Below, piece by piece: positions 11,181 through 48,448 of a stretch of 48,448 nt of DNA. The notes beneath the pieces were generated by a model. That model was not told the DNA's origin and ran no database searches. It saw nothing but the letters and a program-made list of their open reading frames with translations. The stretch lies in the NCBI RefSeq assembly GCF_046119375.1, contig NW_027362762.1, forward strand, positions 808,418,001 through 808,466,448. Reading direction: 5' to 3'. Position 1 is the first letter of the stretch. Every line of letters starts with the position of its first letter. A program made the translations under genes and the position numbers. Source of the stretch: Phyllobates terribilis. Taxonomy: Eukaryota.

Positions 11181-13660
11181 CCATCAAGTGTGTGTGTGCG
11201 GCCTCTGCACCGTGGACGATGAATGGTGCAATAGGAGTTAGAGGATCTCCAGAAATGAATGAAGCACAGACCTCTGCTCCATGCAACATGGGGTAGGCCA
11301 GTTTTTTGGGTCACTATTGACCCCAATGGTTGAACTCCAGCAATCGGATATAACCAGTTGCTGCAGTTCCTTCCATGTCCCAGTAATATATATTTGTACT
11401 GAGTTGCTATCCTGACGCTCAGTCTCGTGTCCTCGGCTGTGGTGACGCCCGCTGTGTATGACAACATGGAGTTTGCAGTTTCTACACTTCCACCGTCACT
11501 CACGGGTCTCAGTCTGTGGACGGATCGCTCTTCGGCCCCCGGTATTTCGTTCTCTCGCGTCTTCTCCGAATCGCTTAAATGATCTGATGGAGAAGAGGGA
11601 GAGGTGATGGTGGTGGTGGTGATGGTCATCAGATTTGGTTTTTCCCTTTACTCAGATATTTGTAATTTCTGATCGGTAATGAGTCGCTCACGCCACCAGT
11701 CAGAAGCCGATATCAGAGAAGTGGATCCCAATATCTGATAACAGACTCCCTCCCCCACGACTCACTGAATATGACTGCAGTGGTTCTGTACTCCTCTGCT
11801 CTCCGGTCCACTGCTGCTGCTTGTCGATTGCTGGGTTTGTGCGTTTTGCCTGCAGACACCTGACAAGGAACCAGAAGACATGAGGGGGGGGTTACAGCAC
11901 ACAGATGGACCGACACAAAGATCCCCCCCCCATACACTGACCCCCTGCCCCATCAGAGGACTGGTGCTGTGTGTATGACAAGCGGACCCCTCCATCATGT
12001 ACAACCAAGCATCAGGACTAAAGAGTGAGCAGCTCCTGTACTCGCCTCCGACAACACCGCCTGGAGCCCCCAGCAGGACAGGCACATGCCCTGTGGACGG
12101 GGAACTGAACCAGAAGAGCAAACCTGCAAGTAAAAGCGTTAGTAAGCAGAGGTCACATCCAAGACCCTCCGTGCCCCCATAACCCGGGGGTCACTCACCT
12201 CTAAGATCTTGGATCCAGGGGGATCACATTCGTCATTTTATGCCAGTGACGCATCAAATCCATCGAGAAGAAAAACCCACGAAGCAGACGGCAGGGAAAC
12301 CTGTGTATAAGGAGGGAAGCGAGAATATGGGGGTCACCAGATCAATGCGGCACTCAGGGGGGAATGTAGACCCAAGACACAATGTGCCACCATCATCACT
12401 GCAAAGAGGGGGCGCTTACAATAATAGGCATCAGAGGGTGAGAAGTGACAGTGACCCTCTCCACAAGGTGACGTTATGCTCTAGACCCCCATCAGAGGCC
12501 TCTGATGAGCAGCAGATACCCTGAAACACAAGTCTGCAAACAGCGTCTAGTTTGGCTTTTATACGGCTCGTTAAGGTCAATGCTGATTCCTGATTGCCAC
12601 TGCCTGTAGGTGGCGCTAGACGGTCAGTCATCTTCCTCTGAAGAGCCATTTGCAGATTTTGGAGCAAACGCCGTCACATTTATCCTAGTAAATCCTCACC
12701 ATTGACCGTCACACATCCGATGTGCAATGGGAGTGCTATTACAGTCCACGCGCATTATACCCGAGTGCCCCTACACTTCCCTGTGGGCCAATATCAGGGT
12801 CTGGATTGCCCTCACCCCACAGTCAGTGCCATTGTTCCCTTTACAAGGCTTAGAGGGGCAGCACAGAGTCCCCTCCATCATGCACACAATGATTTGCACC
12901 AATTGGGGCGATTCACTGGTGACAAATCTAGGATCAGAGTGTCCTTTGATCCAGGGCGTCCGTCGCCATCAATCACCTATGGGGGAACCATAGTCTGCAG
13001 ATGACAAGGCTTGTAAGGGTTAATGGGGTCACACTCACCTGGAGGCCCCTCGGGGTCTGCACACATCTTCATGACGTCTGGGGAGGAAGGCTGAGGAGAG
13101 TGCCACGGCCAGAGACCACGAATCCTGCAGAGAGTCCCCACATCCACAGGACACAGCTCGAGCGCAGCCGCCATCTACAAGAAGCTGATAGGGGGCAGTG
13201 CAGGCACCAATACCTGGGGGGGTTACAGGCAGCAGGACAAGAGCCGCACCATTACCTCTTCCAGCAGCTTCACAGCCTCATGGACACAGGCGGGGTCCGG
13301 AGAAGAGTCCAGGAGCTGAGCCCGACCCCTGCAGAACCGCAACAGATCGCAGCAGCAGCCGCGTCTGAAGAGAGAGCGGCAGCCAGTAATGATGGAGCTG
13401 ACGACGCAGTAGACTGATAACTAACGAGCCGTGTAACTGTGCATCCAGCACCGGAGCAGGAATATCCCAGGAAAGAACAAGGACATAGCCCAGTGACTGA
13501 CAGCGAGCAGAGACCGGATACTGCAAGATGTAAGCGGAGCAAACACAGAATATCCCTCTAATTACCTACAACTCGTCTTCTCCCTCAGACCAGACGGGAA
13601 CCAGGAACATCTCTCATAGGAACGCCGCGCCATTACTAATACTAAAGGAAGAAAACAAGC

Positions 13661-14277
13661 GAGTGCAGCTCTGGAGTAAAATACAGGCTGTAACTCAGGA
13701 TCAGCAATGTATGTACACAGTGACTGCACCAGCAGAATAGTGAGTGCAGCTCTGGGGTATAATACAGGATGTAACTCAGGATCAGTAATGTAATGTATGT
13801 ACACAGTGACTGCACCAGCAGAATAGTGAGTGCAGCTCTGGAGTATAATACAGGATGTAACTCAGGATCAGTAATGTAATGTATGTACACAGTGACTGCA
13901 CCAGCAGAATAGTGAGTGCAGCTCTGGAGTATAATACAGGAGGTAACTCAGGATCAGTAATGTAATGTATGTACACGGGTGACTACACCAGCAGAATAGT
14001 GAGTGCAGCTCTGGAGGATAATACAGGAGGTAACTCAGGATCAGTAATGTAATGTATGTACATAGTGACTGCACCAGCAGAATAGTGAGTGCAGCTCTGG
14101 GGTATAATACAAGATGTAACTCAGGATCAGTAATGTAATGTATGTACACAGTGACTGCACCAGCAGAATAGTGAGCGCAGCTCTGGAGTATAATACAGGA
14201 GGTAACTCAGGATCAGTAATGTAATGTATGTACACAGTGACTGCACCAGCAGAATAGTGAGTGCAGCTCTGGAGTAT
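13661..14277. repeat. 86-bp minisatellite, about 7 copies
   Basis: Unit acacagtgactgcaccagcagaatagtgagtgcagctctggagtataatacaggatgtaactcaggatcagtaatgtaatgtatgt. Confidence 0.95.
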
Positions 14278-14649
14278 AAGGGTATGTGCACACTGTCCGG
14301 GGCTGCCTGCAGCTCTGACACAGCAGAATAGTGACCGGTGGCTTCCACTCAGTTTATACAAAATTAGTGGCTTTTTATCCACACGCGGACTTTCCTCATT
14401 GATGTTAGTCTATGGGGAAAGTCCACATGCAGACCCACAAGAGAAATTGACATGCTGCGGGTCTGTAAGACGCACTACATGTCCGTGTCCGCGGGTGGTC
14501 CGCAGGTGCAGAGATGTATAGTGGACATGGGATTTCTAGGACTATCATGCACTGCGCTGTCACATCTGGACGCTGCGGGTTTGCCGCTGTATAACACTCA
14601 GTGACGCAGCCTCACACCGCAGCGCTCCGGACCGTGTGCATGCACTCTG
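14278..14649. mobile_element. MITE, T2/Kolobok-like termini
   Basis: Imperfect terminal inverted repeats agggtatgtgcacac ... gtgtgcatgcactct. Confidence 0.55.
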
Positions 14650-14869
14650 AGGATGTGTATACAAGAGGCATTTGCAGAAGAAAAGTCTGCAGTAAAAAAA
14701 TTAATTAAGAAAGTTTGTGGCATTTTCATCACGTACATTTAAATGTGTGAAAAATTCTGGAAAAGCAGCAAGAAGTAACGCTACATGTGAAACTGGTTCA
14801 ACACTGCAAGAAGACCCCGCCACCATGGCCCCCTGCTCCGCCCTCACTGCTGACTACTTATAACATAGG

Positions 14870-15170
14870 GATCAGCTGACGTCACTGCTCGTTAACCCCC
14901 TGCATGCTGATCTCAGGATTCCCCTCACATTTGTGATTAGCACACACGTTATTAACCCTTCAGTTGCTGTTGTGACCGTTGACTCTTCCCATCAGTCCAC
15001 AGGGATCCGTTAATCCATCTTGTCACATGACGCAGCTGCCCACAAAAGACATGGCGGCGGCGCGGTCAGCTCGTAGCTCCAGTGATGACGTCAGTGACGG
15101 CGCAGGATGGTCACGCGCGCAGTTTAAACCTGGCGAGCGGCTCCGGACAGCGGAGGAGAGGAGGTAAAAA
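14870..15170. promoter_or_regulatory. Putative POLQ promoter / first exon, possibly bidirectional
   Basis: CpG-rich. Two TGACGTCA (CRE/ATF) palindromes at 14877-14884 and 15086-15093. YY1-like ATGGCGGC at 15051 and a perfect CAAGATGGCGGC at 15449-15460. Donor-like GAG|GTAAAA at 15163/15164. Confidence 0.55.
15050..15163 (+). other. POLQ: Candidate non-coding first exon of POLQ (5' end uncertain)
   Basis: Donor at 15164 and a strong acceptor (ctccttccttag) at 15495 upstream of ATG 15605. An in-frame TGA at 15590 supports 15605 as the start codon. Confidence 0.4.
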
Positions 15171-15604
15171 CCATGTGAGGAAAGGGGGAGGATAAAGTGC
15201 CGGGACAGACCATTGTGCAGAGCAGGGGTGATATCCAGTGTGGCGGCAGATCCGACTCAGTGAGGTCAGTGGTTCAGTCCCCCTGTAGCCTGGTTGTCAT
15301 GGTGACCGATCTGTAAACTCTGGGGGCTCGTTATCAGGGGCTGCTCGCACATTTCGGGGCCCCATGCCGCTGGTTACCAGTTGCTCCTGCACAAAGCGGA
15401 GATCTGCATGCTGGGCGTTGTAGTTGTCAGCCATGATTTGTGTGATGACAAGATGGCGGCCGCTTCACCTTCTCCCTCCTCTTCTCCTTCCTTAGGTCCA
15501 GGGCCCCATCCTGATAATGTGGCCCCCTCAGAGGACCCCCGTGGGGGCCACGTCTCCAGGCCCTGTCGCCATGCACTGAGCAAACCGGATGAGCAGCCAT
15601 CACC

Positions 15605-46754
<31,150 letters not shown>

Positions 46755-46836
46755 GTATCGCTGCCCTATTTATTCCCTGTAGCTCCGCAAGATGCCCGAT
46801 TACTGCTCCGATGTTCATTGCTGTATTTTATATATA

Positions 46837-48448
46837 CAGTACAGACCAAAAGTTTGGACACACCTTCTCATTTAAAGATTTTTCTGTATTTTCATGACTT
46901 TGAAAATTGTACATTCACACTGAAGGCATCAAAACAATGAATTACCACATGTGGAATTATATACTTAACAAAAAAGTGTGAAACAACTGAAAATATGTCT
47001 TATATTCTAGGTTCTTCAAAGTAGCCACCTTTTGCTTTGATGACTGCTTTGCACACTCTTGGCATTCTCTTGATGAGCTTCAAGAGGTAGTCACCGGAAA
47101 TGGTCTTCCAACAATCTTGAAGGAGTTCCCAGAGATGCTTAGCAGTTGTTGGCCCTTTTGCCTTCACTCTGCGGTCCAGCTCACCCCAAACCATCTCGAT
47201 TGGGTTCAGGTCTGGTGACTGTGGGAGCCAGGTCATTGGCGTAGCACCCCATCACTCTCCCTCTTGGTCAAATAGCCCTTACACAGCCTGGAGGTGTGTT
47301 TGGGGTCATTGTCCTGTTGAAAAATAAATGATGGTCCAACTAAACGCAAACCGCATGGAATAGCATGCCGCTGCAAGATGCTGTGGTAGCCATGCTGGTT
47401 CAGTATGCCTTCAATTTTGAATAAATCCCCAACAGTGTCACCAGCAAAGCACCCCCACACCATCACACCTCCTCCTCCATGCTTCACGGTGGGAACCAGG
47501 CATGTAGAGTCCATCCGTTCACCTTTTCTGCATCGCACAAAGACACGGTGGTTGGAACCAAAGATCTCAAATTTGGACTCATCAGACCAAAGCACAGATT
47601 TCCACTGGTCTAATGTCCATTCCTTGTGTTCTTTAGCCCAAACAAGTCTCTTCTGCTTGTTGCCTGTCCTTAGCAGTGGTTTCCTAGCAGCTATTTTACC
47701 ATGAAGGCCTGCTGCACAAAGTCTCCTCTTAACAGTTGTTGTAGAGATGTGTCTGCTGCTAGAACTCTGTGTGGCAATGACCTGGTCTCTAATCTGAGCT
47801 GCTGTTAACCTGCGATTTCTGAGGCTGGTGACTCGGATAAACTTATCCTCAGAAGCAGAGGTGACTCTTGGTCTTCCTTTCCTGGGGCGGTCCTCATGTG
47901 AGCCAGTTTCTTTGTAACGCTTGATGTTTTTTGCAACTGCACTTGGGGACACTTTCAAAGTTTGCCCAATTTTTCGCACTGACTGACCTTCATTTCTTAA
48001 AGTAATGATGGCCACTCGTTTTTCTTTACTTAGCTGCTTTTTTCTTGCCATAATACAAATTCTAACAGTCTATTCAGTAGGACCATCATCTGTGTATCCA
48101 CCTGACTTCTGCACAACACAACTGATGGTCCCAACCCCATTTATAAGGCAAGAAATCCCACTTATTAAACCTGACAGGGCACACCTGTGAAGTGAAAACC
48201 ATTTCCGGTGACTACCTCTTGAAGCTCATCAAGAGAATGCCAAGAGTGTGCAAAGCAGTCATCAAAGCAAAAGGTGGCTACTTTGAAGAACCTAGAATAT
48301 AAGACATATTTTCAGTTGTTTCACACTTTTTTGTTAAGTATATTATTCCACATGTGTTAATTCATAGTTTTGATGCCTTCAGTGTGAATGTACAATTTTT
48401 AAAGTCATGAAAATACAGAAAAATCTTTAAATGAGAAGGTGTGTCCAA
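46837..48448 (-). mobile_element. Near full-length Tc1 transposon in the last POLQ intron
   Basis: TA followed by cagtacagaccaaaagtttggacacacc at 46837. Inverted copy from about 48198 to the window end (about 17 bp missing). TIR about 270 bp. Confidence 0.95.
47000..48051 (-). pseudogene. Tc1 DD34E transposase with a single frameshift
   Basis: ORF 48051-47233 (MARKKQL..GRPR..WSDESKF..QQDNDPKH) continues in another frame as 47236-47000 (TWLPQSPDLNPIE..KAKGGYFEEPRI). Confidence 0.93.

Larger units (their letters stand above)
5519..13328 (-). pseudogene. Unidentified multi-exon gene, pseudogene or spliced ncRNA candidate, head-to-head with POLQ
   Basis: Exon-like blocks with polypyrimidine-AG acceptors and GT donors, several GTGAGT: 13328-13256, 13174-13039, 12300-12199, 12123-11942, 11859-11766, 11583-11504, 6390-6268, 6153-6063, 5958-5876, 5720-5519. 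Several introns are 75-114 bp. Eight blocks join in frame; two contain stops. No homolog recognised. Confidence 0.45.

Noticed and set aside
11084-11629. 181-aa minus-strand ORF as a gene
   Set aside because: It is a chance fusion of intron sequence, one candidate exon (11583-11504) and an off-frame reading into the DIRS ORF1 region.
13001-13417. 138-aa plus-strand ORF
   Set aside because: No recognisable domain and no plus-strand splice support; the strong splice signals here are on the minus strand.
13466-13633. Further 5' exons of the antisense gene (MARRSYERCSWF.. and SIRSLLAVSHW..)
   Set aside because: The implied intron is only 45 bp and the downstream phase does not match the 13328 exon, so they were left out of the model.
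15051-15167. MAAARS.. as the true POLQ start codon
   Set aside because: Splicing to 15496 hits a stop at 15512, and the main frame has an in-frame TGA at 15590, so it is treated as a possible uORF only.

Overview
This is eukaryotic (vertebrate) genomic DNA, most likely a frog; that is inferred from the repeat families and the gene, not verified. The main feature is a spliced, apparently intact DNA polymerase theta gene (POLQ) on the + strand. I could walk 29 coding exons from 15605 to 46754 by hand with GT-AG boundaries and consistent reading phases: 7347 nt, 2449 codons. They encode an N-terminal SF2 helicase, a long central disordered exon and an A-family polymerase. The last coding exon lies beyond the window end. 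Its introns are inflated by minisatellites (35, 26, 36, ~70, 14 and 30 bp units) and Tc1 elements. Upstream (1-15 kb) lie a Tc1 element interrupted by a solo LTR, a Chapaev3-like transposase remnant and a truncated DIRS tyrosine-recombinase retrotransposon with nested MITEs. On the - strand, head-to-head with POLQ, is a chain of exon-like segments with strong splice sites that I cannot assign to a known gene. I found no CRISPR arrays, rRNA or tRNA genes, and no convincing new multi-gene system. The best leads are the unidentified antisense exon chain, a duplicated POLQ N-terminal extension, and a Tc1-derived fold-back family whose tail has become a minisatellite.
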